From positions 699-64,698 of the forward strand of contig JBMYNT010000002.1 in the NCBI GenBank assembly GCA_049598575.1: 64,000 bases of DNA, in the 5' to 3' direction. The position numbers and the translations under genes are program-made. Positions within the stretch are counted from its first letter, which is position 1, and each line of letters starts with the position of its first letter. The DNA comes from Candidatus Poseidoniaceae archaeon (GTDB lineage: Archaea > Thermoplasmatota > Poseidoniia > Poseidoniales > Poseidoniaceae). The notes under the pieces were generated by a model. It was not told the origin of the DNA. It saw nothing but the letters and a program-made list of their open reading frames with translations, and did no database searches. This document shows, piece by piece, positions 1 through 9,384 of the stretch.

Positions 1-671
1 ATGACTTGGTCAGAATGAGCTTTCATCGTGTTAAGGTGTGCGTCAACGTATGCATCGATGGTTGCTTGATCGTTCCCATCAGATGGAACTGATCCATTGA
101 TTGGCGTTCTTGATAACCAAGACGAAATCAGGTCCACCAAGGTTGGTTCTATAGAAATGCGTCGGAGTGTTTCATACGCATCCTTGCTAATCTTTCCTTC
201 CTCTGAGAGCTTCTTCATGTGAGCCATTGGATCCATATCTGCGACCCTTGATTCTTGCTTGAGTCCGAGTCGCATTTCCATAGCTCGCATTTGCCAGGAT
301 TCGAAACCTGATGATGTCCCGAGTCGATCCCGGAATGCAAGGAAGCCCTGGGGACTGAGTGTTTCCATAACTTTCCATTGATTGGCAAGAAGACGGAAGA
401 TTTCGATGACTCGCTCTAAGTGATGGACAATTTGTGGCAAGTGTTTCTCATCAACCGATTCCTGTGAGAGATAGCCATGAACGGCATCAAGTTCTGCTCG
501 TACTTGTTTGAACCACAACTCAAACGCTTGGTGCGTGATGATGAAGTGCATCTCATCGTTTGATGGCGAAGGACTGTGCCCTTCAGGACCTGCTTGCAAT
601 TGGAGCAATTCATCGAGGCGAAGATAGCCCGAATAGGTCATTCGATTCGTTGGTGAACCTGAACCTGCCAT
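1..671 (-). CDS. kynA: Tryptophan 2,3-dioxygenase (3' end runs off the window; absent from ORF track)
   Basis: Manual translation from ATG 671: MAGSGSPTNRMTYSGYLRLDELLQLQ...DEMHFIITHQAFELWFKQ...METLSPQGFLAFRDRLGTSSGFESWQMRAMEMRLG, matching TDO motifs. Confidence 0.92.
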   Translation of the reverse strand, partial: MAGSGSPTNRMTYSGYLRLDELLQLQAGPEGHSPSPSNDEMHFIITHQAFELWFKQVRAELDAVHGYLSQESVDEKHLPQIVHHLERVIEIFRLLANQWKVMETLSPQGFLAFRDRLGTSSGFESWQMRAMEMRLGLKQESRVADMDPMAHMKKLSEEGKISKDAYETLRRISIEPTLVDLISSWLSRTPINGSVPSDGNDQATIDAYVDAHLNTMKAHSDQV

Positions 672-693
672 GAACCTTGATGGAGATTCGGCT

Positions 694-699
694 CTTGAA
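694..699 (-). promoter_or_regulatory. Degenerate TATA-like box (TTCAAG) 22 nt upstream of kynA ATG; probable leaderless promoter
   Basis: Same 22-23 nt spacing recurs at many operon-leading genes in the window. Confidence 0.5.
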
Positions 700-784
700 C
701 TCTTCACCCAATTTTTTCAAAATCGAGCCACCCTATTGAGAAGTAAGGGATAACAGTCATAGAGTGCATACGAAACCCCTCGAC

Positions 785-1897
785 ATGGGCGTAGACCACT
801 CCACACTCCTCTCTTGGCTCGCGGACTACGATAAGGACAACATCACCATCGGTGTTGTCGCATCACACTCATCACTGCAAATCCTTCACGGAGCACGTGT
901 GGAAGGCTTCCGCACGCTTGGTATTGCTGTTGGAGAAAACCGACGTCGTTTCTACAAGGCCTTCCCTGGAGCAGAACCAGATGAGTGGTTGATGCTCGAA
1001 GATTATCGAGAGATGCTCGATTATGCAGAATGGTTCCGAGAAAAGAACGTCATCATCGTCCCACACGGATCGCTGGTTGAATATCTAGGAAGTGAGAACT
1101 TCCGAAACCTCGAAGTTCCGACCTTCGGAAACCGAGGTATCCTTCGCTGGGAGAGCAGCCGTGCAAAGCAGCGTGATTGGTTGGTCGCTGGAGGATGTAC
1201 CATGCCAAAGGTCCTCGCCGATCCACACGATATCGATGGACCTGTGATTGTCAAGTACGCAGGAGCGAAAGGTGGTCGAGGTTATTTCATCGCTCGAGAT
1301 TATCGTGACTTCCGTCGAAACGTGGATATTGAGGAAGAGTTCACCATCCAGGAATACGTGCTTGGTTGCCGATACTACCTCCATTTCTTCTTTGACCCTC
1401 TTGCAACTGACGGCTACCAAGTCCAAGGCCGTGGCAAATTTGCTGGAAAAAACCTTGGACGCCTAGAACTGCTTTCTATGGACCGAAGAGACGAAGCGAA
1501 TGTTGACGAGTTCTACAAATTGGGTTCGCTACGGGACCTTCGCGAAGCAGGTATGGAACCTTCCTTTGTCGTCACTGGTAACCAACCTGTTGTGATCCGA
1601 GAATCCTTACTACCTCGTGCTTTTGAGATGGCTGAGGGAACCGTTGCTGCATCCTTTGAACTTGAGGACGAGTCAAGAGGCATGATTGGTCCATTCTGTC
1701 TCGAAACCATCGTAACCGATTCACTTGAATTCAAGGTGTTTGAAATCAGTGCACGCATCGTTGCAGGATCGAATCCATTCGTTGGAGGCTCTCCTTATTC
1801 GGACATCAATGAAACTCGAATGTCAACCGGTCGACGCATTGCACGAAGCGTTCGTAATGCGCTCAAGAACGATCGTCTCGATGACATCCTTTCCTGA
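785..1897 (+). CDS. purP: Formate-phosphoribosylaminoimidazolecarboxamide ligase (FAICAR synthetase, ATP-grasp)
   Basis: ASHSSLQILHGA, VPHGSLVEY, GAKGGRGYF, VTGNQPVVIRESLL, FEISARIVAGSN motifs; start refined to ATG 785. Confidence 0.92.
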   Translation: MGVDHSTLLSWLADYDKDNITIGVVASHSSLQILHGARVEGFRTLGIAVGENRRRFYKAFPGAEPDEWLMLEDYREMLDYAEWFREKNVIIVPHGSLVEYLGSENFRNLEVPTFGNRGILRWESSRAKQRDWLVAGGCTMPKVLADPHDIDGPVIVKYAGAKGGRGYFIARDYRDFRRNVDIEEEFTIQEYVLGCRYYLHFFFDPLATDGYQVQGRGKFAGKNLGRLELLSMDRRDEANVDEFYKLGSLRDLREAGMEPSFVVTGNQPVVIRESLLPRAFEMAEGTVAASFELEDESRGMIGPFCLETIVTDSLEFKVFEISARIVAGSNPFVGGSPYSDINETRMSTGRRIARSVRNALKNDRLDDILS

Positions 1898-1899
1898 GT

Positions 1900-3219
1900 T
1901 CAGCTTAAGTCAGGCGCAGGTGGAACACCGGAGCCATCGTCTTCAGGTTCATTACCGAGTTCGCTTTCAATCTCATCAACAAGGTCACCAAACTCGACTT
2001 GCTTTGGCGTGGCTTCATCAGCGAGGATTTGAGCAGCAGAGACTTCTCCGCTCTCTGAGCGTCGAATCTGTTCTTCCAAGTCTCGCTTGATTTGCTCTCG
2101 CTCTTCCATTGTTGGGACGTTGAAGGTACAGACGAGTTGAATTTCTTCACCGAAGGTAAGTTCACCCGTGTATTCCATGAGGTCACCGTATGCATTTGCA
2201 ATGACTTGGAACTTCGTTGGGTCCTTTGAACGTCGCTTCTTGTGCTTCTTGTAGTAGTGGACAAACACTTGGTAGGTTCCTGCAGGTGCTTCTCCCTCAG
2301 GCCAAACAACGTTTTCAATCGGTTTGCGGGAATCTGGTCGAACGTTTGCATCAACATCGAGGTGACCACCACAAGCAGATTTTCGGTTGCCACCGTGGAT
2401 ACGCTCGCCCGATGGACAAACGACGTGAAGATCGAGATCGTTGTAGTTGTTCCACATCAAGGAAACTTGGACATCTGAGGAGCGTGCACCCTCACGTTCG
2501 AGACGTGCACGAAGTTCGTCGAGCGCACGTGATGCTGCTTGACGACGCTCAAGAGCGTCTTTTTCTTGCGCTGCTCGGATTTCTGCAAGGCGTTGCTCTT
2601 CAGCAGCGGCGAGTTCGGCTTGACGAGCGGCTTCCTCTGCATCTCGCTCTGCTTGAGCTGCTGCTTCTCGTTCTGCGTTTGCACGGGCTTCTTCAGCAGC
2701 CTTCTCAGCTTCGAGGCGCTCTTTCTCAGCCTGCTCTTCTTGTTCTTTCTTGAGACGTTCTTGCTGTTCGGCAAGGGCTGCTTCTTCCTCTTCGCGCCTG
2801 CGACGCTCTTCTTCCTCTTCGCGACGAGCCCATTCCTCATCGCGCTGTCGACGGCGTTCAAGCATCTCTTCCTCTGTCTCTTCATGCTCCTCTTCGGGCT
2901 CTTCTTCTGCAAGGGGTTCTTCCCAGAACGGTTCTTCTTGCACAGGTTCAACCGGCTGCTGCTCTTGTGGAATCAATGAAACGCTCACTCCACCAGAGAG
3001 ATTGCGACGGCGGCGCTCGGATTCGATCATCATCAATTTCCGTTCAAATTCGGAGCGAGCGCTCGAGAAACTTGAGCCTTGGACGGGTGCTCTAAGGCCA
3101 TCTGCAACCATGCCCTGGCGCACTTCGAGCGCTGCATCACGACGAATGAGGATAAACCAGACACCGAGAATAAAGCCACCACCGAGGATGGCCAAAACCA
3201 GAATAGAGCCTGTGTCCAT
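1900..3219 (-). CDS. Membrane-anchored coiled-coil protein with C-terminal YfaP/DUF2135-like domain
   Basis: N-terminal TM (ILVLAILGGGFILGVWFILI), long E/R/A-rich helix, then VQVSLMWNNYNDLDLHVVCPSGE...GGHLDVDAN...ENVVW...GTYQVFVHYY; start refined using promoter spacing. Confidence 0.7.
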   Translation of the reverse strand: MDTGSILVLAILGGGFILGVWFILIRRDAALEVRQGMVADGLRAPVQGSSFSSARSEFERKLMMIESERRRRNLSGGVSVSLIPQEQQPVEPVQEEPFWEEPLAEEEPEEEHEETEEEMLERRRQRDEEWARREEEEERRRREEEEAALAEQQERLKKEQEEQAEKERLEAEKAAEEARANAEREAAAQAERDAEEAARQAELAAAEEQRLAEIRAAQEKDALERRQAASRALDELRARLEREGARSSDVQVSLMWNNYNDLDLHVVCPSGERIHGGNRKSACGGHLDVDANVRPDSRKPIENVVWPEGEAPAGTYQVFVHYYKKHKKRRSKDPTKFQVIANAYGDLMEYTGELTFGEEIQLVCTFNVPTMEEREQIKRDLEEQIRRSESGEVSAAQILADEATPKQVEFGDLVDEIESELGNEPEDDGSGVPPAPDLS

Positions 3220-3317
3220 GTTTGTGGAAGACATACTGTGTCTTTTATCATTTGCTTCCTTTATTTCATGGCTGCATGCATGCAAAGCATTGAATGTGTC
3301 AAGCATCTCGTCAGACC

Positions 3318-4112
3318 ATGAACAAGTCCGAACGGCTTGCAGCACTTCTTCCGAATGGACGAGGCGTATGGATTCCAATCGATCATGGCATGTCGGATTA
3401 TCCATGCGATGGATTGGAGGATACCGAAGGCCTCATTCGAGGTTTGATTTCTGCCGGAGTCAATGCCATCGTTGCACAGAAAGGTGTTGTAAGCCACTAC
3501 AGTCACCTTTGCGAGGGGACTGACACCAACATGGTGATTCACTTTTCAGCGTCAACTCGCCATGGAGGCCCTGATGCTTCTCGAAAGGTCTCGGTTGGTC
3601 AAGCCTCTGAAGTTGTTTCAAGAGGAGGCTTTGCTGCTTCTGCTCAAGTCAACATCGGATCGGATGGAGAGGCAGATATGCTGGAAGCACTCGGCGAATT
3701 GACGACACTTTGTCATCACCTCGATTTGCCAGTACTAGGCATGGTTTATGCCCGTGGTCCAAATCTCAACATCGTTGATGGAGATACAACCAACGGCGTC
3801 GCTCATGCAGCTCGAGTTGCGTTCGAAATCGGTTGTGATGTTGGAAAAACAACGTGGACGGGTGACGAAGATTCCTTCGCTCGCGTCACTGGTGCAGTAC
3901 CGATTCCACTGCTCGTCGCAGGTGGAGCAAAGACCAACACACGTGACATGCTCAAAATGGTCGAGAGGGCAATGAACAACGGTGCTGCAGGTGTATGCAT
4001 GGGACGACAAGTCTTCGCTCATGAACAGCCAGAAGCCGTTGCAAGAGCCCTCGTTCTCATCGTCCATCACGGCAAGTCTGCTTACGATGCTATGAATGAA
4101 GTTGGATTGTGA
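3318..4112 (+). CDS. 2-amino-3,7-dideoxy-D-threo-hept-6-ulosonate synthase (AroA', DhnA-type aldolase)
   Basis: IPIDHG, MVYARG, VGKT (Schiff-base Lys), VAGG, MGRQVF motifs; directly upstream of DHQ synthase II. Confidence 0.85.
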   Translation: MNKSERLAALLPNGRGVWIPIDHGMSDYPCDGLEDTEGLIRGLISAGVNAIVAQKGVVSHYSHLCEGTDTNMVIHFSASTRHGGPDASRKVSVGQASEVVSRGGFAASAQVNIGSDGEADMLEALGELTTLCHHLDLPVLGMVYARGPNLNIVDGDTTNGVAHAARVAFEIGCDVGKTTWTGDEDSFARVTGAVPIPLLVAGGAKTNTRDMLKMVERAMNNGAAGVCMGRQVFAHEQPEAVARALVLIVHHGKSAYDAMNEVGL

Positions 4113-5120
4113 GTGAGCGTTATGGAAGTCTGGCTAAATGCACCTGTTTCAAAGAGGCATGAAGGCGTTGATGCCCTCTACTCCGTACAAAGTGGACCTG
4201 ATATCTACAGCGACGATGGTGTGCTGTATCGAAACGGTGCAATCATTGGCGGTCATGTTCACATCGACTCTGCTGAAGCCCAAGCAAAGGCACGCAGCCT
4301 TGCAGGAAGCGTTGAGTGGATTCTTCTTACCTTCGAAGATTGGTCCATGATTCCAATCGAGAACGTCATCGCAGCGGCCGAAAGCACGCCTACCAAAATT
4401 GCAGCTCAAATATTGAAGCCTGTTGAGGCACAGGGAGCGGCTTTCGCACTGGACATTGGCGTCGATGCATTGCTTTGCGCAGAGGATTGCTTAGAATCTG
4501 CTCTCATCGTCAAATCAATTCGTCTTGCGGAATCGACCTCAGAGGATTCTTTTCATGAGGACTGTGAACAACAAATCGACCTTTCCTTGATGACCATCAC
4601 CGACATACAAGAAGGACATTCAGGTGATCGTGTATGCGTTGATTTGCTCTCAATGCTGGAAGAAGGTGAGGGAATGCTGGTTGGCTCAACTGCGAAAGCA
4701 TTCGTCCTTATTCATGGTGAAACGATTGCCTCCAAGTATGTTCCAACGCGCCCGTTCCGTGTCAATGCTGGGAGTGTTGATGCGTACACGTACATGGCTG
4801 ATGGAACGACGAAATATCTGAGCGAATTGGCTTCAAGTGACGAGGTACTCATCACGAGAAACGATGGAACATCACGTATAGCAACCATTGGCCGAATGAA
4901 AATCGAGACTCGGCCATTTATTCTATTGAGGTTTAAGGATGAAAATGCTAATGAAGGACATGTCTTCATTCAACAAGCGGAGACGGTTCGCTTGGTTTTA
5001 CAAAACGGAAAGACTTGTTCGGTGACAGACCTTTCCGTAGGTGACTGTATTTTCGGTCACTCCTTCACGTCAACACGTCATGTTGGACAAAGCATCTCAG
5101 CACCGTCTGAGGAGCGTTAA
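4113..5120 (+). CDS. 3-dehydroquinate synthase II (AroB')
   Basis: WSMIPIENVIA, GDRVCVD, RPFRVNAG, YLSEL, GRMKIETRP, QQAETVRL. Confidence 0.92.
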   Translation: MSVMEVWLNAPVSKRHEGVDALYSVQSGPDIYSDDGVLYRNGAIIGGHVHIDSAEAQAKARSLAGSVEWILLTFEDWSMIPIENVIAAAESTPTKIAAQILKPVEAQGAAFALDIGVDALLCAEDCLESALIVKSIRLAESTSEDSFHEDCEQQIDLSLMTITDIQEGHSGDRVCVDLLSMLEEGEGMLVGSTAKAFVLIHGETIASKYVPTRPFRVNAGSVDAYTYMADGTTKYLSELASSDEVLITRNDGTSRIATIGRMKIETRPFILLRFKDENANEGHVFIQQAETVRLVLQNGKTCSVTDLSVGDCIFGHSFTSTRHVGQSISAPSEER

Positions 5121-5123
5121 CGA

Positions 5124-6014
5124 ATGGCTGTCTTGGGACAAGGATCGGCTCATGGTGCATGCAGTCTTCTCCACGCAGCAGGTACCGGTTACGGCGCAAG
5201 CATGGCCCTTGACCTGCCAATTTTGGTCCGAGTTCTCGACAAGAAGAGCAAACGTGATGTCCACGACAATGATGGACTTTTGCCACACATTGTAGCTGCT
5301 TGGATGGCAGCTGGGCACGAACTGCCCATTGAGCAAGAGAGTCTTCACTGGGCCGTCCAATCAAAAATTCCTGCACGTGAAGGGCTGAAATCATCTTCCG
5401 CACTCTGTGTTGCTGCAGTTCGAGCGCTTTGTGATTCTACTGATACAGCACTTGAATTGCATGAACTCGTTGCCATCGCAGTCGATGCGCAACTTCGTGC
5501 AGGTATTACGCTTACAGGGAGCATCGATGATACATGGGCCTGTGCGAGTGGTGGCTGGAAGTTGATCAATGCAAACGAAGCTGATGTTGCCCAAGGCGTT
5601 TTACTGGAAGGCAATGGTCCAGCAAGCGAGGATTGGATGGTGCTCTTGGTCTCTCGAGGACCAAGAGAAACTCGCCCTGGACTGGAGGACTTTCTTCCAC
5701 ATCAACAACACTTCATTCAAGCACTCAACGCCATCCAAGATGGAAATGAATTGGTCGCATTGACCCTCAATGGTCGAGGTGTTATCGGAGCAACAAGGGA
5801 TCATAAAGCTCGTATTTTGGCCAACGATGCACTGGTTAATGGTGCTCGTGCAGCAGGTCTCAGCGGGTCAGGAACAGCACTTGTGATTGTGATTCCAGTC
5901 CAATTGGAGGGTGTCATCCAGCGCCTCAAGATGTGGTATGAAAACAAACATCCTGAGTTCACTCTCATTGAAACCCGGTTTAAGAATCTAGAGAATTCCG
6001 AGTCCGAGGAGTAA
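5124..6014 (+). CDS. aroK: Archaeal shikimate kinase (GHMP family)
   Basis: SKIPAREGLKSSSA, TLTGSIDD, GLSGSG; aro operon context. Confidence 0.88.
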   Translation: MAVLGQGSAHGACSLLHAAGTGYGASMALDLPILVRVLDKKSKRDVHDNDGLLPHIVAAWMAAGHELPIEQESLHWAVQSKIPAREGLKSSSALCVAAVRALCDSTDTALELHELVAIAVDAQLRAGITLTGSIDDTWACASGGWKLINANEADVAQGVLLEGNGPASEDWMVLLVSRGPRETRPGLEDFLPHQQHFIQALNAIQDGNELVALTLNGRGVIGATRDHKARILANDALVNGARAAGLSGSGTALVIVIPVQLEGVIQRLKMWYENKHPEFTLIETRFKNLENSESEE

Positions 6015-6059
6015 GGCTCAAGTTCTTGAGTACGTGTTGGTTGGAAGGATTTGAGCCCA

Positions 6060-7133
6060 ATGAAAATGCGCCTAGGGGAAACCCTGTCTGTGACATTGTT
6101 TGGCGAGAGCCACGGTCACTTGGTCGGAGCCTTATTGGAAGGTGTACCATCTGGACTTCCGATCGATGAGGAGCGCATTGCTCAACGTATGTCAACACGT
6201 AGACCTGGTGGTCACTTTGCAAGCAAACGCAAAGAAGACGATACTGTTGAATTGCTTGCAGGTGTCCATGAGGGATTTGCGACAGGACAACCCATTTTGA
6301 TTCAAATTCGAAACAAGGATTCCCGGGAAAGCGATTACAGTTTCATTCCAAACCATCCAAGACCCGGTCACCAAGATCTTTTGATGCATCTACGAACTGG
6401 AGGGTTTGCAGACTTGAGAGGAGGTGGCTCTTCATCCGCTCGATTAACGGCGGGACTTGTTGCTGCTGCGGCAATCGTCGAACCTCTGTTGGAGGGCATT
6501 CGGGTTGATGCGCACGTTGGTGCCATCGGTACAATCGAATCTGCACGAATCGACGATTGTCCCGAGGAATGGGAAAATGAATTGTGTGAACAATTGCGAT
6601 GCCGTGACCCACACGTCGTTGAATCGATGAAAGCGGAAATCGAACGCATTCGAAAGGAACGTAACTCAATCGGTAGTAGAGTCGATGTGCTCGTATCGAA
6701 TCTACCATTCGGCCTCGGTGAACCTTGGTTCGATGGACTTGAGCCGGCCTTAGGCCGAGCCTATCTTTCGATACCAGCAGCACGTGGCGTAGCGTTCGGA
6801 CGTGGATTTGGAGCCGTACACATGACTGGACTGGAGCACAACAATCCTTGGGGCGGTACCAAAGACAACCCATTCCAGGAAGGCGAGCAACCTGACGGTA
6901 GCATTGCAGGATTGACATCAGGTTCGGATGTTTTCGCACAAATAGCATTCAAGCCACCCTCAAGTATTGCTCATGAACAAACCACGTTGGACCTCTCCGA
7001 CGGAGAGAAGAAGCCTCTTGTTGTCAAAGGCCGGCATGACCCCGTGCTTGGACCGAGAGCAGTGAGTGTTGCGAAGGCAATGACGACGTTGGTCCTTTGC
7101 GACCTTCTCATGAGGAAACGTGATGCTTTGTGA
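6060..7133 (+). CDS. aroC: Chorismate synthase
   Basis: TLFGESHG, RRPGG, PRPGHQD, GGGSSSARLT, FKPPSSI, GRHDP. Confidence 0.95.
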   Translation: MKMRLGETLSVTLFGESHGHLVGALLEGVPSGLPIDEERIAQRMSTRRPGGHFASKRKEDDTVELLAGVHEGFATGQPILIQIRNKDSRESDYSFIPNHPRPGHQDLLMHLRTGGFADLRGGGSSSARLTAGLVAAAAIVEPLLEGIRVDAHVGAIGTIESARIDDCPEEWENELCEQLRCRDPHVVESMKAEIERIRKERNSIGSRVDVLVSNLPFGLGEPWFDGLEPALGRAYLSIPAARGVAFGRGFGAVHMTGLEHNNPWGGTKDNPFQEGEQPDGSIAGLTSGSDVFAQIAFKPPSSIAHEQTTLDLSDGEKKPLVVKGRHDPVLGPRAVSVAKAMTTLVLCDLLMRKRDAL

Positions 7134-8452
7134 AGGGCCGTATCATTCACAAGTTTGGTGGTTCATGTCTTCGTGAACCCGATGATATCGAGAAGATCGC
7201 TGAAGTGATTCGTGGCGATGAACAGGCGATTCTGGTCGTTTCAGCATTGTGGGGTACAACGGACCGGTTGTATCGTGCTGCAAAAGATCCTCGATATGCG
7301 GGGCGATTGGTACAAGATTTGTCCAAACAACATCTTCGTTTTGCACCCGGTCTCGATTCGTCAAAAAACGCACACCTGTTTTCGATGGTTCTCCATAATC
7401 TCAAGGACGCCTTGCGTTTGTTAGCTCAACATCCGAAGGACCAATCTGCAATGAACAACCTTCTCGCATCCGGTGAACGTTTGAGTGCCCTTGTGGTCGC
7501 TCATCGCCTGCAAGAATACGGATTTGATGCGTACCCATTGGGTGCGGAAGACATCGGGATTACGCTCGATGGGAACTTTCAAGCGAGTCATGTCGATCTT
7601 CAGGCCTCGAGTATCAAACTCAATCGAGACACGCTCCATGGAACTCCTGTTATCACTGGATGGTTTGGTGAAGGTCAGAACAAGGAAATCGCCATCTTGA
7701 GCAGAGGTGGTTCAGACCATTCTGCAACCGCTATTGCGAATCTTGTCGAGGCTGATAAGGTGATTCTATGGAAAGATGTACCAGGCATCTACAGCATCAA
7801 TCCGAGGTGGGGTATTCGCTCGGAAACAATTCCGTATCTCAATTATCAAGAAGCGATTGAATTGTCCCTCATGGATACACCGGTTCTGCATCCTTCGACC
7901 ATCGAACCGTTGATTGAACCAAACATCCAGTTGGAAGTACGCCACCTGTATCATTCCAATTATGACGAAAAGACGGTCATTGGTCCTGAACTTCCAGAGA
8001 AGGAGCTCAAAGCCGTTGGCTGTCTTCCGAATGTGATCAGCCTAGGATTCTCTCATCATCCCGTCGATTCACATCAACGTCAACTTGTGAAGATTCTTGG
8101 AGAATTGGCCAAAAACGAGGTCCATTGGTGGGGATTGGAGTCCCGATTAGGTGATTCGAGGCTCATCGTGTCTCAGCATGACATGCATCGAGCATCAGCC
8201 ATTTTCGAACAATTCAACATTGATGCGAATCATCATCAGCACCTTGGATTGCTCTCATTGATCGGTTGCAAGGAAGCTGATGTGGATGCAATCAACACGC
8301 TCTTCGATACCACTGAGTTCGAACTCTCATGGCTCAATCAAACTTCATCTGCAGCCAGAGTTGCCATTGATGGGGAAGATTTGAGTGAAGCGTTGCAACT
8401 CTTGCACGCTTTGATTCAGGAGCAAAACACATCCGTTGCTCAGCAGTCTTAA
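7130..8452 (+). CDS. lysC: Aspartate kinase
   Basis: HKFGGS, VVSAL, ASGERLSA, LSRGGSDHSA, WKDVPGI, VLHP; ACT-like C-terminus. Confidence 0.88.
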   Translation: MKGRIIHKFGGSCLREPDDIEKIAEVIRGDEQAILVVSALWGTTDRLYRAAKDPRYAGRLVQDLSKQHLRFAPGLDSSKNAHLFSMVLHNLKDALRLLAQHPKDQSAMNNLLASGERLSALVVAHRLQEYGFDAYPLGAEDIGITLDGNFQASHVDLQASSIKLNRDTLHGTPVITGWFGEGQNKEIAILSRGGSDHSATAIANLVEADKVILWKDVPGIYSINPRWGIRSETIPYLNYQEAIELSLMDTPVLHPSTIEPLIEPNIQLEVRHLYHSNYDEKTVIGPELPEKELKAVGCLPNVISLGFSHHPVDSHQRQLVKILGELAKNEVHWWGLESRLGDSRLIVSQHDMHRASAIFEQFNIDANHHQHLGLLSLIGCKEADVDAINTLFDTTEFELSWLNQTSSAARVAIDGEDLSEALQLLHALIQEQNTSVAQQS

Positions 8453-8454
8453 CT

Positions 8455-9375
8455 TCATTCATCGTTGCCTTCTCGGCGCTTCTGAATGTAGGTTGGCAGG
8501 TCAAGAGCGAACAGCCCTCCAACAACGATGAAGACGAAGAGTGTGCCAAGTGCGACACCATAGACAGAGCCGAGTTCGACCGATTCACTGAGTCGTGTTG
8601 CCGTATCTTCTGAAAGAATTCCAACGATCCAAGGCAGAATGGTGTTGGCAGAGAGGACCAGCGTTGCAAGAACGGTAGCAACGATTGGGTTGATGATGAG
8701 AGAGCGATGATACTTGCCCACGATCTTCTTTGGATTCATGACGTAGACTTCGTTCGTTCGAATGCTCGTATCGAGCATTGAGTAACGCATGACACCGTTG
8801 GACAGCTCGAAGTACATGATGAGCAGAACCGAGTAGATAACGACCAAGGAAGCAAGAATCGTGGGACTATCTGCAAGACCAAACAAATCGTTGACACTTG
8901 TTTTCGAGGAAGCAAATCGCATGATAGCGAGAATGAACAGGAGATACGAACCGAGCATGTAGCGAGCGTCTCGCTGGTAAGCGCCCCAGAAACCAAGTCC
9001 TGTAGCACCAGTAATGATACCGATTTGGAACAGCAAAGCGAGGTCAGCACTTCCGAGAAGCATGAACCAGATGGTTCCTTCAGGAGGTGAAATGATGTAC
9101 GTAAGGAGTGCAAGTCCAACGAGAATGACATATACGCCAAGTTGCATGTTCTGAACGAACTTGTCCGGTGGTAGGAATTTCATCTTTGGAACGATTGGAC
9201 CACCAATGAGGCTCTCAATGAACGAAGGCATTTCCAACTCTGGAATTGCATCCTTTGGAATTTCTGAGCCAATACCGGCCTGTCCTGCAGCCTTCTTTCG
9301 GCTTGGAGCAGATGATCGTACGACTTTACCGTCGTACAAGTGAGCCGTATCTGAAGATGGTTTTCGCATGGTCAT
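8455..9375 (-). CDS. Multi-pass membrane protein of unknown function (last gene of MoxR operon)
   Basis: About 6 hydrophobic segments; GAGGTGA RBS; tightly coupled to DUF58 gene. Confidence 0.7.
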   Translation of the reverse strand: MTMRKPSSDTAHLYDGKVVRSSAPSRKKAAGQAGIGSEIPKDAIPELEMPSFIESLIGGPIVPKMKFLPPDKFVQNMQLGVYVILVGLALLTYIISPPEGTIWFMLLGSADLALLFQIGIITGATGLGFWGAYQRDARYMLGSYLLFILAIMRFASSKTSVNDLFGLADSPTILASLVVIYSVLLIMYFELSNGVMRYSMLDTSIRTNEVYVMNPKKIVGKYHRSLIINPIVATVLATLVLSANTILPWIVGILSEDTATRLSESVELGSVYGVALGTLFVFIVVGGLFALDLPTYIQKRREGNDE

Positions 9376-9384
9376 CGTCTCACC

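Noticed and set aside
2217..3523. Several plus-strand ORFs (178, 146, 257 aa)
   Set aside because: Antisense shadows of the low-complexity coiled-coil gene
6017..6030. CTCAAG-TT-CTTGAG palindrome between aroK and aroC
   Set aside because: Short, single occurrence with a 2-nt loop and no U-tract; cannot be assigned a function
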